The position numbers were made by a program, and so were the translations under genes. From Eledone cirrhosa (lineage: Eukaryota), in the NCBI GenBank assembly GCA_964016885.1, contig OZ024741.1:52948001-53012000 (forward strand): a stretch of DNA of 64,000 nucleotides. The letters run 5' to 3'. Each line of letters opens with the position of its first letter. Position 1 is the first letter of the stretch. Below are positions 1-14,500 of the stretch, piece after piece. The notes under the pieces are model-generated. The model was not told the origin of the DNA, did no database searches, and saw only the letters and a list, made by a program, of their open reading frames with translations.

Positions 1-203
1 ACTCTACACCCTAAGTATTGAGTACTCTGGTGCGTTATGGTCCATCTGGTTCCTTACCACATTTCCTTCGTTATATATATATATATATTTGAAATATTAC
101 ATAAAACATTCAAGCATTAACTGAATACTCCTGGGTAGAGTGTAAATTTTAATTTTTAATTAGAATATTGGCAGCGAGTTCTACGTAGTTGTTCTATTTA
201 ATC

Positions 204-243
<40 letters not shown>

Positions 244-699
244 GTGCGCGCACGTGTGTGGGTTCATATAGATATATAAACTACATGGAACAAAGTGTGT
301 GATGTGAGTTCAGTACAGAGTAGAGAGATGTATAACATTTATATAGACCTAACGAATTGCCATGTTTCATCGAATAGTTACTTTACATCTCTGAAAGAGA
401 TTTTCCTAATGAACCCGACTGTTTGTCACTTTGTATTCGGTGAAGTAGCCATTTTAGAAGTCTTTCTTCTGTCATGCGCGACAATGTTTAGGAAGCAAGG
501 ATAATTTTCTTCCAAGTTAGTGCGTAGCATCCGTTAAATCAGCCGGCTGACAAATTTCTCAGTTAATCTATATATCAATAAATCGTATAACATAGATATA
601 TAAAAATATATTGTTATTAATTTCTTAGAAAATAGTTGGTGAAGGAAGAAATGAGTAAGGGTGAATATGAAGGGTGAGTGGGTTCCTAAGTGCTTCCCC

Positions 700-1290
700 T
701 TTTTCATTTCCCATCCGCATTAGTGAGGGTCGGGGGAACCACAGTCAATTTCACCAATGTTCTCCAAGGGGTTCTCTCCGTCGCTAATACCATGACTTCC
801 ACCAGCGTTCTTTCAGCTAAATGACAGATGCCATCACTCCAGCGCCAATTTCGTCTTCCTCTCAATCTTTTGTCATCAATGTGTCCCTCCAGGATGTGGT
901 TCAGAGATTCTGGGCCCAAATAGGATGTCCAAAGTATTACAGCTTCCGCTTCCGTATGGTCATGACCATTTGCGTCTCCATTCCAATTTACTCCAGGACT
1001 GACCAATTAGTTTTGTGGTCAACCCAGCTGATGACCAGTACCCGCCTATAACCCTTCCCAAATGACATCAGTTTGTAAACAGTGGTGGTTTTCAGAGTCC
1101 AGGTTTCCTAGCCATAAAAGGCCACTGTCTACACTAAGTCCTTCTGAAGCTTTAATTTGATGCACTTGTGGAGAGCGTGATCTTTCCATGGTGTGTTGAA
1201 GGATCTACATTCAGACCTAAGTGCTTACGTCTTCTATATTCTGGATGTTTTGTAGGAGATTTCATATGAACTTGGCATGGCTACATGAGA
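700..1290 (-). mobile_element. RTE-clade LINE 3' fragment (decayed)
   Basis: Minus ORF 704..1006 contains ILEGHIDDKRLRGRRNWRWSDGI, resembling the RTE/BovB ORF C-terminus (G.I.G.R.RGR...RW.D.I). The upstream part is disrupted. Confidence 0.65.
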
Positions 1291-1889
1291 TGGAAATATG
1301 GTTAAAGGCCGACAAACAGATTAGTTGTTACTGTCCGTGTCTGTTTAGTCTGGTGGTGAAAAGGTACTACTGGTATTTCATATTTCAAAAATGACAATTT
1401 GATTGGTTGGTCAATCCTTACAGTCTTGCGATGTGAGAAGTAGATATTTTGTTCATAAAAGAAAAAATATATATACATATATATTCTTTTTGCAATCTGT
1501 ACCATCAATACCTCAATGATACGAAGAGTGTGGGAGAACGCTTTCTGGCGTGCAGAAGCCCCTGGTACAAACCGCTGCGTGGTCCTAGCGGATAGAATGG
1601 AGGAAGCATTAGCCCGGGAGATAATGAACGAGAAGTGTTGCCATAGCTTTGTAGCTCGTGGAATTCACTCGACCTGGTGGCCAATTACGCCACAATAGCA
1701 GTGCGTAGGGAAGTGGTATATGGACCAAGAACAACTGGTTGTGGCTGGCGGAGGGAGTCATTGGTCGTCGGCCTCTGGTACTGAAAAGGAAGTGCATTTT
1801 ACTGTTTTGTAAAGGCACAGAGAAATGATCTGTAATTTTGTTTTGCTATTTTCAGAAGTTTATTTTCTTAGAATATATTTATTAGGGGT

Positions 1890-1982
<93 letters not shown>
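1890..1982. repeat. (TATC)n microsatellite, target of the LTR element
   Basis: Perfect TATC run; it resumes at 4789 after the element. Confidence 0.95.
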
Positions 1983-1985
<3 letters not shown>

Positions 1986-2568
1986 AGTGACCTACATTCC
2001 GCGGGCTCACATACATTCTCTGTGCGTGATTTGGCTCAGTTCAGCCAATCAGCGCCAGTAGAAGAGGATGTATCCCTACGCGCCCTGAGGAAGAAATTCC
2101 CCGCGAAGATTTGAAGAATCTTCCTCTCGCACCAGGAACTTCGAACCAGCAACACGCATAATGTAACGGTGAGATTTTGCACCCTAGCCTCGCCGGCTTT
2201 CCGGCGCAATGGCACATTCCCTTTTGTAACCTCTTTTTATATGTAACTTCAACCATATAAGTTAACAAACATTGTTTGTACTACATCAAAAATAAACATA
2301 CATTTCATCTCTAATTTCTGCTGTTGAAATCATTATTATGTTACTCGTGTCTCAATAACATCTATAATCCATGCTGCTGGAATTGGCGACCTGACGAAAG
2401 GAATATTGTAAATACAAAGATGGTAAATAGATCGAGGGACCTTCCCTCACGTCTATGTCGACAAGACAATCCAACTAGGATACTATTATTTTACCACACT
2501 GTGACCACTGGCCACAGCTACACTGGACACTGTCACACTAACGACCTCCATACTTCTACCCTGCTAAA
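1983..2568 (+). repeat. 5' LTR
   Basis: Near-identical to 4236-4754 over the first ~519 bp; followed by a PBS-like TGG motif. Confidence 0.85.
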
Positions 2569-4235
2569 GTGGTGACCGACTTAAGAATTTAACGCAGCCT
2601 CCTTTTTTATTCAGTTGAACTTTTATTGCCACGTTGCCAACCTTTTCGCAACTTGCGAAAATACAATATATTCCTTTCAAAGTATTTTTTGAAAAATTAG
2701 CAGTATTTCAAAAACTTTTCGCCACGAGGAAATTTCAAGATGGCTACCGACAAGTCCTGGCTACACTCGACAACAACAGCGACAGCAGCAGCAGAAGCAG
2801 CGACAGCATTGTTTAGCCACTGACCAACGACAGGGAATGGTGAGATGGCAGCTTCATAGCCTTACCGACGCAAACCACCACACATCGGAAATTTCAAAAC
2901 GGCTTGTAACTTTATCGACGCAACCACCATACCTTCTGTCTCGTTACCACAGGGACTTGAGAAATTGAGACGGTAGTTTTCTCCCCATTATGGCGTCAGA
3001 CGTGGCTGCCATGTTTGGTGACTGCTACTCTACAAAAGATGCATTGACTTTGCTTTAACAACAAGCAACGCAACCTTATGTCACACAAGGTGGCAGGACG
3101 GTAAAATGGCCACGAAAACTCTCAAAAACACCATACATCTAACCTCTAACGGCATTAACAAACTTCTTTTTCAGTTTTCAGATAGAACTAGTGTCAGAAA
3201 GTCTGTACACTGGTGACGTGTGAACTATTTGACTTTGAAAAACTTTGAACTATTCATTGAGCAATTTCTCTGCTCCCTCAGATTGACTTTGAATTATCAG
3301 TTTGTTACATTCACATATTTCTTTGTAGAATGCATTTACTTATTTTGTGCTCCTTTGCTATTTGCTTGCTCATGGTTTTTGTTCATTCACATACTTTGCT
3401 GTTTTACATGCCTGCATATGCACACATTTTTTTGTCACACACCAACATGTTGTTCTTGGTATACGTTCTTCAAACATAATATTCTGCGAGTCCCTTTTCA
3501 CCTGGTTGAGATGCTGTCACATGCTAGCAGCTCACAGAGCTTAATCCACTTGGATTCAAACAGGCACCGCAACACGAGAATACTAATTGCAGCTGAGGTC
3601 AAACAGTTTTGCATCTCGTTGCACACTGATCGTCCATGACGCCCTTCGTCTTGCTGTTTTTGCCCGACTCACTGGGAAAACGGCAAATTGAACTGGACTT
3701 GTCAGCATTTCCACCACTTCTCTGGATTCGCCCGAATTATGGAATTTACACTGCAACCCACCTACAGATTAAACTTGCTTTTTTTCTTTTCAAAGCAACC
3801 AGCCATTTTTTCATGGCTCAATAGCACATTCGGCAATACATCTGGGAGGCCAACATTTCTCGCCTACCCATCATCTTCTTGCCAGCACTGGTAAACTACC
3901 ATAATAGCTTCGTCCACAGCTACTGGTACAGCACTTACCATTAACATTAAATGCAAGAACAGCAACTTCGCCCATGTCAGACTTTATCCGTTTTTGTTAG
4001 ACCTTTACTGGTCACGTATAAACAACAAAACAGCTGGTCATTTGACACAGCGGCTCAACACGGCCCGTAGCGCCTCATTTTTTTTCTTGCATGCAGCCTT
4101 CTGCCCAATTATGATTTTAAACTGATGTGCTCTTTCAGCATTTATTCTTGCTGATTCAATAATCTGTATCGACTTCCTTGTGGGTCCTTGACTTCTTCGT
4201 TTACGATTTTCGGCTAAAAATCTGCTCGGAGATAT

Positions 4236-4788
4236 TGTAGTGACCTACATTCCGCGGGCTCACATACATTCTCTGTGCGTGATTTGGCTCAGTTCAGCCA
4301 ATCAGCGCCAGTAGAAGAGGATGTATCCCTACGCGCCCTGAGGAAGAAATTCCCCGCGAAGATTTGAAGAATCTTCCTCTCGCACCAGGAACTTCGAACC
4401 AGCAACACGCATAATGTAACGGTGAGATTTTGCACCCTAGCCTCGCCGGCTTTCCGGCGCAATGGCACATTCCCTTTTGTAACCTCTTTTTATATGTAAC
4501 TTCAACCATATAAGTTAACAAACATTGTTTGTACTACATCAAAAATAAACATACATTTCATCTCTAATTTCTGCTGTTGAAATCATTATTATGTTACTCG
4601 TGTCTCAATAACATCTATAATCCATGCTGCTGGAATTGGCGACCTGACGAAAGGAATATTGTAAATACAAAGATGGTAAATAGATCGAGGGACCTTCCCT
4701 CACGTCTATGTCGACAAGACAATCCAACGAGGATACTATTATTTTACCACACTGACGACTCACGACTTCATTCAGCTACCCTGCTAAA
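4236..4788 (+). repeat. 3' LTR
   Basis: Starts TGTAGTGACC, ends CCTGCTAAA, followed by TATC. Confidence 0.85.
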
Positions 4789-5316
4789 TATCTATCTATC
4801 TATCCATCTATCTATATGCACAGACGAACATCATCGCTACCTCTATGATAAGTATCTGGATAATGTGGAACAATGCGCTCCAACGTACAGAACACCTAAC
4901 ACATGTCGCCTCATTTTTAGAATATTTGGTGTATGTCAGTTATGTCATGGCACTTGGTGATGATTATGTTGAATATGTACCGTGTTATTGTATGGGATGG
5001 TGAACGGGCATAATATGCGTTTGGTTGGTTGTGTTACATGGGAGGTGATTATATCAGCATTTCTGCTGTATGAGTTGTGGTGTGTTAGGAAGTGATTGTA
5101 TTAAAATATGTACTGTGTTAGTTGTGTTGGGATGGTATAGTATTGGAAGGTGAATGTGTGAGTTGTGCTGTTGTATTGGGAGGTAACTGTATCAGAATAT
5201 GTGCTGTGTGAATTTTGTTCTAGTATTGGCGTTAGTTACGTGGATTATGTAAATATGCGTTGTATGAGTTGTGTTATATCATTGATAAGTAATTATGTAG
5301 AATATAAACATTGTTG

Positions 5317-5554
5317 GGGGCGGTTAATTGGCAGAGTCATTAGAACGTCGGACAAATGCTCTGTCGTTTCTCTAACATTGGATTGGCAGTATCGGTAAAG
5401 GGTCAGATGCCATCCTTTGCGTCCCTTTACGGACTGAGTTCAAATTCCGTCGAGGTTAACTATGCCTTTCATCCTTACGGGGTCGATAAAATAAAGTACT
5501 AGTAATACGCTGGGTAATTGCTGGCCTTGTGCCAAAAGTAGAAACAATTATATT
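5317..5554 (+). mobile_element. tRNA-derived SINE (family A), duplicated head
   Basis: A-box-like TGGCAGAGTC/TGGCAGTATCGG, B-box GAGTTCAAATTCC, conserved core GCCTTTCATCCTTACGGGGTCGATAAAATAAAGTAC, tail CTGGCCTTGTGCC...AGAAACAATT. Recurs many times in the window. Confidence 0.85.
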
Positions 5555-5772
5555 AGTGACTTCAATTGCCCGTATGACGAAACAACAAACGTAAATTGAT
5601 CTAGGATGAATGAAATTCTCGGTAACAACAGCAACATCAAATGCAGCAAAAGAGGATATCATCATAGACAACAACCACAACAATGACAACAACAACCTTT
5701 TGAGCGACTTAATCAACATCAATATTATTCAGAATTTGCGTCAAAGTTTCTTTTCTTAACTGAGAAAAGTAC

Positions 5773-6244
<472 letters not shown>

Positions 6245-6473
6245 ATGCATATACACCCATTCCACAAACACACCCACGCCTCTCGCCCACATATAACTAT
6301 ATAAACTAAATATGTGAACATTCACTCGTCTGATAAGACAATGTCGTTAATTGAAATTGTTTAAAACGTAGAAAAAGAAATGAAATAAAACAAAACAATG
6401 AACGTACCCAACACACAGCACCGTCAAAATAACCTTGAGACAACAACAAAACAATTGAAGCTATTATTATAAG

Positions 6474-6690
6474 CTTTCCTAACATTGGCATAATGCCAGA
6501 AAATTGGGGGAAGTGGAAAGTTGGTTATATCGATAGGAGGACTTGACTGGTACTTTATTTTGTCGACCCTAGAAGGGTGAAAGGATATGTTGACCTTGGT
6601 GTGGTTTGAACTCAGAACGTAAAATGGCGTATTTCAATGCTGGGAAGTACTTTATCCGAAGATCTACCGATTTTGCCAATCCACCACCCT
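6474..6690 (-). mobile_element. SINE family A copy
   Basis: GGTACTTTATTTTGTCGACCC...TTTGAACTCAG...GCCAATCCACC is the reverse complement of the family core, B-box and head. Confidence 0.8.
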
Positions 6691-6729
6691 GACAATAATG
6701 ATAATAGCAGGAGCGGTTAGCACACTACT

Positions 6730-7185
6730 GTTGTAAAATCTCATCTTGGGACTCTGCGAAAGATTTGGCTTGTTAGATCTTGTTGAGTTACTTAAAGGCA
6801 GACGAAGCTTTGACTATTTTGCAATTAGTTTCTTTCACCATGTTCCCACTTCTGTTGATAGAGCTTCCTATGTAGGTGAAGTCGTCCACGACTTCCATAT
6901 CCTCCATTCTCACTTCTTACGCGGGTATTTTGAATCAGTATATAAATCCTTGATGGCTGAGAAAACCTTGGGTGGCATGCCATAAGCTCGTATGATGGGC
7001 CGCAAGAATGGTCTGTGTAGGTTACCAAATTCTCTATTAAAGTTAATAAATGTTATGGCAAGTAGTACTTGGAATTCATTGTAAATCTCGATACACTCTA
7101 GAATAAATATTTGATCGGCGCAGGAGCGTTTGGGTCGGAATCCAGTTTCTTGCTTACGCAAGACATAATAGACTGCCTCTTTCAT
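6730..7185 (-). mobile_element. RTE-clade LINE RT fragment
   Basis: LRKQETGFRPKRSCADQIF...FINFNREFGNLHRP...RAYGMPPK matches LINE RT motifs (Q.GFR..RSC.DQIF; DF.KAFD). Confidence 0.8.
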
Positions 7186-7310
7186 TAGTGTATGTGTGTA
7201 TGCTTGCGCGTGTGTATGTGTGCGTGCGCGCGTTCAGAAATTAAATGAATAAACAACACAGGAAACGATGCATATTAGTTTAAAACTTGACGTAGTAGGA
7301 AAAGATTCCC

Positions 7311-9215
7311 ATCGTTTCGGACGTTGTTCTTCATCAAAAGATAGAATGAGAGATAAAAGAAAAGATAGAAAGATGGAGGCGAGTAATAAGAGAAAGAAAT
7401 GCAAAAATGGAGAAAAACACGTGTATATATGTATATATCCCAATGTCTCATTATGATCACAGCTTCGCCAGTATGATATATTTTTTATAACCATTTCTTG
7501 TTTACAAACATGGCTTTATTATACTGCAATTATATTTGTTTCATATTGACATATGGTCTTTTGGATCCTATATATTACCTTATTAATTGCATTTATAGTG
7601 CGTTTTTGTGTTTTGTACAACTTACTGCAGCTATCTTTTGTGTTGCTTTTGTTGAATAGTCTAAGGAATCCGTTGTAGGTTGACAAATGTTTGGAGATTA
7701 GTTTTAGGAAGATCTTCGCCATATTTGTCGCAGCCTGTATGCTGAAGGATGAAATAAATCAGCTGATATTTCTAAACTTGGCTTTGTTTGGTTTTTGAAA
7801 ATTAATGTGTGCTTTTGAGTATACATTCTAATATCCCTTTGAACACGTTTATTTCTCGGACATCATTATGGAATATTGCAGCCTGATTAAATATCGTTTA
7901 TCGTAGAATATTTTGGAGATCCACCACTTCAGTTACTAACTTGATACTTTATTGTTAAAAGTGAGATGATTAATATACCTGTTTATATATAGCAATTCAT
8001 CAAGTTTCTATAAAGGTAGTGTTTTATTGTTGTTAAGTTTATTGTTATGTCTAATAAATTTACTATAGGTAGAATGGTTTTGATATTCATATAGAGATTG
8101 AAATTAGTCAAAGAATTTATTGATGTGATTCTAACTCATATCTGCTCTCCGATAAGACTAATAATATATATAGAGTAGATTCCGCGAAATATATGAAGGT
8201 TCTTATTGATGAAATCATTAACATCTACAAGGAAACCTTTGCACATGCATATAGCATGACCACCGAAGCAAAATCTATAGCGAAGAAAATGAAATTAGAT
8301 AATAGATTAAAATGCCTAACAAAGCGCGAGGCACATGTTACTATTAAGAATCATATCATAATTGGGATTTGGCAGCACCTCAAATGTTGACTAATTCCCA
8401 GTCATGGTAGAAATATGAGTAGTCAGTTAAAACAATCCCAAGTATAACAAACGATAGTATTGGGACAATAATTAGATTACATCGACTGAGCAATAGCATC
8501 ATAATAAGGGAATATTTTAGGAATATGAACTATAAACAACATACTAGATTGCAACAGTTCAGCGTTGTTGACTTCTATCTATCGATATCTCATGTTATAT
8601 TTTGTAAGAAATAAAACTTCCCCAACATATACTACATTTGGATGTTTTTTTAGCAGGTCCAGCTGCTGTATACATACCTTTCTGTTAGCTTGCTTCAACG
8701 TATCTTTTGATTATATAATGGTTAGACCATCGACGTATTACATTTGGTGTAGGTTGAATATAATGCTTCTAGTATGTATAGACGTATTTTTACCGCGTCA
8801 AGCCATCATTTTCAGAGGCTGGTATTAACTTGACAATACTTCTGTTTAGGGACTAACCACGAACAAAACCACAAGTGGGAGAGTCTCAACGTAATCGATG
8901 AGCATATTAGAAAGAGAAGCAGACTACCATTGATAGCACACCTTCTTCTTCTTCTTCTTCTTCTTCTTCTTCTTCTTCTTCTTCTTCTTCTTCTTCTTCT
9001 TCTTCTTCTTCTTCTTCTTCTTCTTCTTCTTCTTCTTCTTCTTCGCCCACTTATTCCTGCGAGTATATAGGAGCGAGGAGAGCATAGCTGAAAACAAATG
9101 TAGTTACAATATCATAAAGCCCATGCTTGTAAAGAAGAAATGGTTATAACAAATATCTCAAACTGGCAAAGCTATCATTATAATGAGACATTGAGATATG
9201 TAGACATATACATGT
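7311..9215. mobile_element. Inverted pair of Penelope-like fragments
   Basis: Minus: AKIFLKLISKHL...LFNKSNTK (PLE RT-EN linker). Plus: KSIAKKMKLDNRL..LTKREAHVTIKNH (PLE RT N-terminal part). About 120-bp inverted repeats at ~7420-7540 and ~9093-9215; HHR-like relic at 7311-7338 (minus). Confidence 0.65.
8942..9044. repeat. (CTT)n microsatellite
   Basis: Direct reading. Confidence 0.95.
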
Positions 9216-9229
9216 GCAGGTTCTGTCAG

Positions 9230-12190
9230 AATCAACCGTCTCCAATTGATCCGGCTAGATCCCCAGCCGAAGCAAGCCTAGTTCATGGATGTAATCCAAC
9301 CATATCGCTCGAGATGTTCCCCTGGGTTTCCCGTCAACTTCTTTTGCCCTAAAATGTGTCTTGCGATTATTTCTTGAGACATTCTAGGCAGATGCGTGTG
9401 ATATCGGAACAGAGATTTCTCAATTCAGAGCAGTAGCGTCTCTACTTCTAGCGACTCTCTGATCACCGAGCTACACACTCTATCGAGTAACATTACTCCA
9501 GACACCCTTCGGAGAAACTCCATTTTGACGTCTTGTATTCGCGATCGTATTATTTCTGTCATTACACAGGATTCATGACCATAGGTAAGGGTTGGCACGA
9601 ATGCTAAATTGAAGATAGCGAATTAGGCTTTTACAATTACCTCCCTTAATCTGATGACCGAATGTTGAAGCTGACGAATTTCTGCACCAGCTCCTGAAGT
9701 TCTTGTACTTAATTCAGCCTCCTGTTTTCCAGCACTCGTGAACACGGCCTCGAGATACTTGAAGTTCTCCACCTGCTTCAGTGGAACTACACTCACATAT
9801 AGAATGCACTGTGCAGGCTTCCTTGAGAGGACGAGTGTCTCAATCTTTGCAGCAAAGAATTTCATTCCTGCCGTGTAGTGCGCGGCAGCCAACGTATCAA
9901 GTGCAAGTCGGAGATCACCTTTTGACAAGTTAAGTAATACTCTAACGTCCACAAATTCCAGCTGACTGATCCTACACCCGCCAGTCACATCAGTTCCATC
10001 CCGGCTGCGCATGCCAGTCCTGTCCATGAAGATTATGAACAGAAAAGGTGGGACCAAGTACCTGTGGCGGAGTCCTACACCAACATTAAATATTTTCGAC
10101 TTAACACCATTTATCCAAACACAAATGCTAGGGTGTACATATAGAAACATCAAGGCAACAAAAAACTGTCCAGTGATTCCATACTCCCACAGAACCTTTC
10201 ACAACAGGCCCCGTGGAACGCGGTCATATGCCTTTTCGAGGTTTACGAAACAAGAATACCAATCTTGTTAATGCCCTCATGATTTCTCAAAAACCTATCA
10301 CAATTTGAACATTTTGTCGACTCTGTTGTATCCGGGGTGAAAACCACACAGTTCTTCAGCTATCTTGGATTCGACAATATCCCTACATTTCTTTGCATAG
10401 ACTTTACCAGGGAAACTTAACAAGAAGATCCATCTATAATTGGAGTAATCTCTCTTCTCTCTCATTTTGAAAATTGGGATTATCACTTTCGATTGTCAAT
10501 GCTTAGGTGCCTTTCCAGAGATCTAGAGCACCCGGACATATGAGTCAGCCAGAGAATACTTTCTATATTTAAGGCTTTTAGCATCTCAAGCCGAATTTCA
10601 TTCACCCCTGCGACCTATGCACCTCATGCATATTAAAAAATAATTCTGCTTTGACCGGTTTTAGGAGAACAACAAAGCTTTCTCTCCACCCCGCGAGGAT
10701 GCCCTCTCTGAAAAGAGGAGAACCTCAGTCATGTTCCTGATAGCAGGCATGGAGGAGGAACTCTTATTACAAAGTCGGCGGATGGTCTGTTAGAATAATT
10801 TATTTGCTGATCTGAAGATGACTTTTAGCTTAATTCCAAAGTCCTTCCGTGCTTTTACCGCCTCTGCTGTGACCTTTCGCGCCTGCTTATACCACAAATG
10901 CAAGAAGGACTACTTATTTCCAAATAAAGCTTTGTACGCATCCTTCTTTGCTCGGATGGTATTTTTGACCACTTGATTATTTTCGCCAGCGGCATTTAAT
11001 GGCTGAAGCAGAAACAGCCCAGCTGAACAGTTGCCACTCAGTTTCAATGTCCTCAGTTTGCTCAGAAAGTTCTTTGAATTTGGATACTATAGTGTCCGCA
11101 TACCTGTTTCTGACATCCTTATCCACCAGCGTTTCCTACTTTAGCCTGGAGACGGAACTGCAAGTTTTGAGGGCTCTCTTGGCTTTAGGTAGTCTCAGGT
11201 TGCAGACAATTAGATGGTGATCAGTTGACAGCTCATCCTGGCTCTTAACACAAATACCCAGCATAGAATCATCGAAGGCATCAGAGACAATATTAATCAT
11301 TTATTTTTCTCTATCCTAAATTCTCTTTATACCATGTGCTGGAAGAAGCTGTTTATAATCGAGGGCATATTACATAAGTCCAGTAAGGCTTCTCCATTCG
11401 TAAGGCAAATCTTCCCTCCCAATGGGGTCCAGTTTAAAACGTATTCTGACATGTAGGGACTTGTGAATATCCTCACTCCAACCTGTGCAGTCTCTTCTTG
11501 CGTCACACCTGAAGAGTGGCGTTTCCATCCTTCTTCCAGATCTCCAATATCAGAGCCACTGAACTTTGTTGAGGAAAGCCCAACTATATTAAGCCGGCAG
11601 CCTCTGGCCTCCTTGACAAGTTCCTGCTCCTTGCCTGTAAGGGTTGTAACGTTCTAGTTAAATTTTCAAGGTTTACACCGTTCCGGGGTCTCTGGGGTCG
11701 CGGGGTATGTAACATTTGTGTTTCCATCCATCGACTCTCATGACATGTCGCAGGCCCATCACCAGTTTTTTCAGCATGAGATGGACACTGCAATATATAT
11801 ATTTCGAACAGGCCTCTCTCACTAAGGCCTGGACATGTTTCTTTATCTCCCCGCGAATAACGATGAGGTATGGATGACTTTATATATTTCAATGTTTTGG
11901 TGGTCGCATTCGTGCCAATCACCAACTTGAAACTTTTTTTCAGACCCGCGAACTAGGGTTTTTTAGAGGCGGCCTTTACTCACCTCGTCATAGCCACATC
12001 ATTGGGTTGTGAGAATCTTCTAGGGCGCTTACCTTTTACCGCATCTCCCCCAATAGTCTACCAATGTTGGACGGGGGTTGCTTATTCGTCCAGCAGCAGC
12101 CCGCTTATATCGCAACTAATCATCATATATGATGGTCGTATCACGATCCGCCACTTGTGACCTATTCTGTTGCACAACAGCTCTGATATT
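9230..12190 (-). mobile_element. RTE-clade LINE (Expander/Rex3-like), long decayed copy
   Basis: PIFK...DYSNYR.I.LLSFPGKVYAK and EELCGFHPG (10298..10486); FNVGVGLRH...PFLFIIFMD, QVENFKYL (9623..10153). Further decayed coding-like DNA to ~11650; many stops and frameshifts. Confidence 0.8.
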
Positions 12191-12809
12191 CCATCCTTTA
12201 TGAAAATGAAAAGAAAAAATATAAAACAAGAAAGTACACGTCAGCAATTATATCAGCAAAAATTGATACATAAACAATTCAGCTGGATCATAAATTGAAA
12301 GATAAATTAGGCACCTGGATCATTCTTTGTTCAGATCAGGGATAACCAACAATAAATACAGGAACAAAAACGAACGAAAGAAATTAAACAAAAAATACAT
12401 TAAAAACAAGAAGATCACCGAAAGGTTGAGCAAGAAACACAATCATCTTTGGCAGACATTGAAATAAAAGAGCAATACATCAGAATCCTATAGGCAACAG
12501 GAAATTACATTACATAAATATATGTAGGGACGAAATCAAAACCAATGGTTGGACGACAGAGACTTGTTGCTTGACGTAACCACACGCTATATAGTTATGT
12601 TGTAGTAAGAAAGAATATTATGTTAATTTTCCCTAGACATGAACGATGTGGTAAACGTCATTCGATTATATTTGATTAATAGAATATCGTAGCAAACTAG
12701 AACAACTCTCAATAATAGTCTGCCGTTGTTAATTAACTCTCGTCTCTCTCTCTTAAACAATTCATCGATATTTGCTTTTGTCCCTCTCTATTAAATCTAT
12801 CCTATGCAC

Positions 12810-12831
12810 ATATATATATATACGGTATATC

Positions 12832-12881
<50 letters not shown>

Positions 12882-12889
12882 GGTATATC

Positions 12890-12970
<81 letters not shown>

Positions 12971-12997
12971 AATATATATATATATATACGGTATATC

Positions 12998-13090
<93 letters not shown>

Positions 13091-13166
13091 TATACGTATA
13101 TATATATACATATACCGTAGTAACCGAACAATAGGTAATATATATAAACACCACACACGCACACGC

Positions 13167-13197
<31 letters not shown>

Positions 13198-13296
13198 CAT
13201 ACATACATAAATACATATATACATATAGCTTAGTAACCGAACAATAGGTAAATATATGTAAACGCACACACACTCACACATACAAACAAACAATTA

Positions 13297-13375
<79 letters not shown>

Positions 13376-13385
13376 ATATATATAT
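12810..13385. repeat. (TA)n-rich compound microsatellite with small internal duplications
   Basis: ATACGGTATATCTATT x3 and TAGTAACCGAACAATAGGTAA x2 embedded in TA runs. Confidence 0.9.
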
Positions 13386-14020
13386 GTGTGTGTGAGTATG
13401 TGAGAAGTATTTCTATTTACGCAGTGTAACTAAAATATATTGCTACTTTACATAAATAGTAATTTCGAATTTCTCGTGTGAATTGCTGTGCACAGACAGA
13501 TGTCGGACCCATTCACACATAGACAGACATATGCACACAAACACACACTCTCTCACACACGTACATACAAACACTCACTAAAACAGAACTGTGCAATAAA
13601 ATACTCACTTGACACTAGATTAAGCAAATATATTTTTATATTTTCTATCAAGTATTTCCTTCCGTACATTCATTTGTTATTTACAAAATATAGATAACCT
13701 AAAGAAAATATCTATTTTGACGTAATTACTGAGAAAAGAGCATCTCGTACATATATCCATCTTGTGGAAGGTGCATGGTTGCAGTGGGAGAAGAAGACAG
13801 ATTAGATGCTGGTGGAGCCAAGGGAGATAATTAGTGCTATTTTTTCTTCTTTTCTTTTATTTCTTCTTATTTTTGTTTGCAGCTTCCATGTTGAAATCTT
13901 CATTGCACAGATTAGAACATTTTCAAGATCAAATATTTCTTTGGTGTTTAACATGTGCGTTCTATCTATTTTAATATTAAAACATCTTTTTACTCGTTGT
14001 TCTTGTTCTTGTTCTTTTTA

Positions 14021-14500
<480 letters not shown>

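Larger units (their letters stand above)
1983..4788 (+). mobile_element. Non-autonomous LTR retrotransposon (Gypsy-like), two LTRs, 4-bp TSD TATC
   Basis: Direct repeats 1983-2568 and 4236-4788 (offset 2253; identical ORFs 2041..2268 and 4294..4521). The 3' LTR starts TGTAGTG and both end CTACCCTGCTAAA. A PBS-like TGGTGACCGAC lies at 2570 just after the 5' LTR, and TATC flanks both ends. No gag/pol ORF in the ~1.67-kb interior. Confidence 0.85.

Noticed and set aside
1500-1830. Possible L1/Tx1 3' fragment
   Set aside because: Coding-like composition, but motifs too decayed to support a call.
5430-5460. tRNA gene (B-box GAGTTCAAATTCC)
   Set aside because: No cloverleaf; it is a SINE head.
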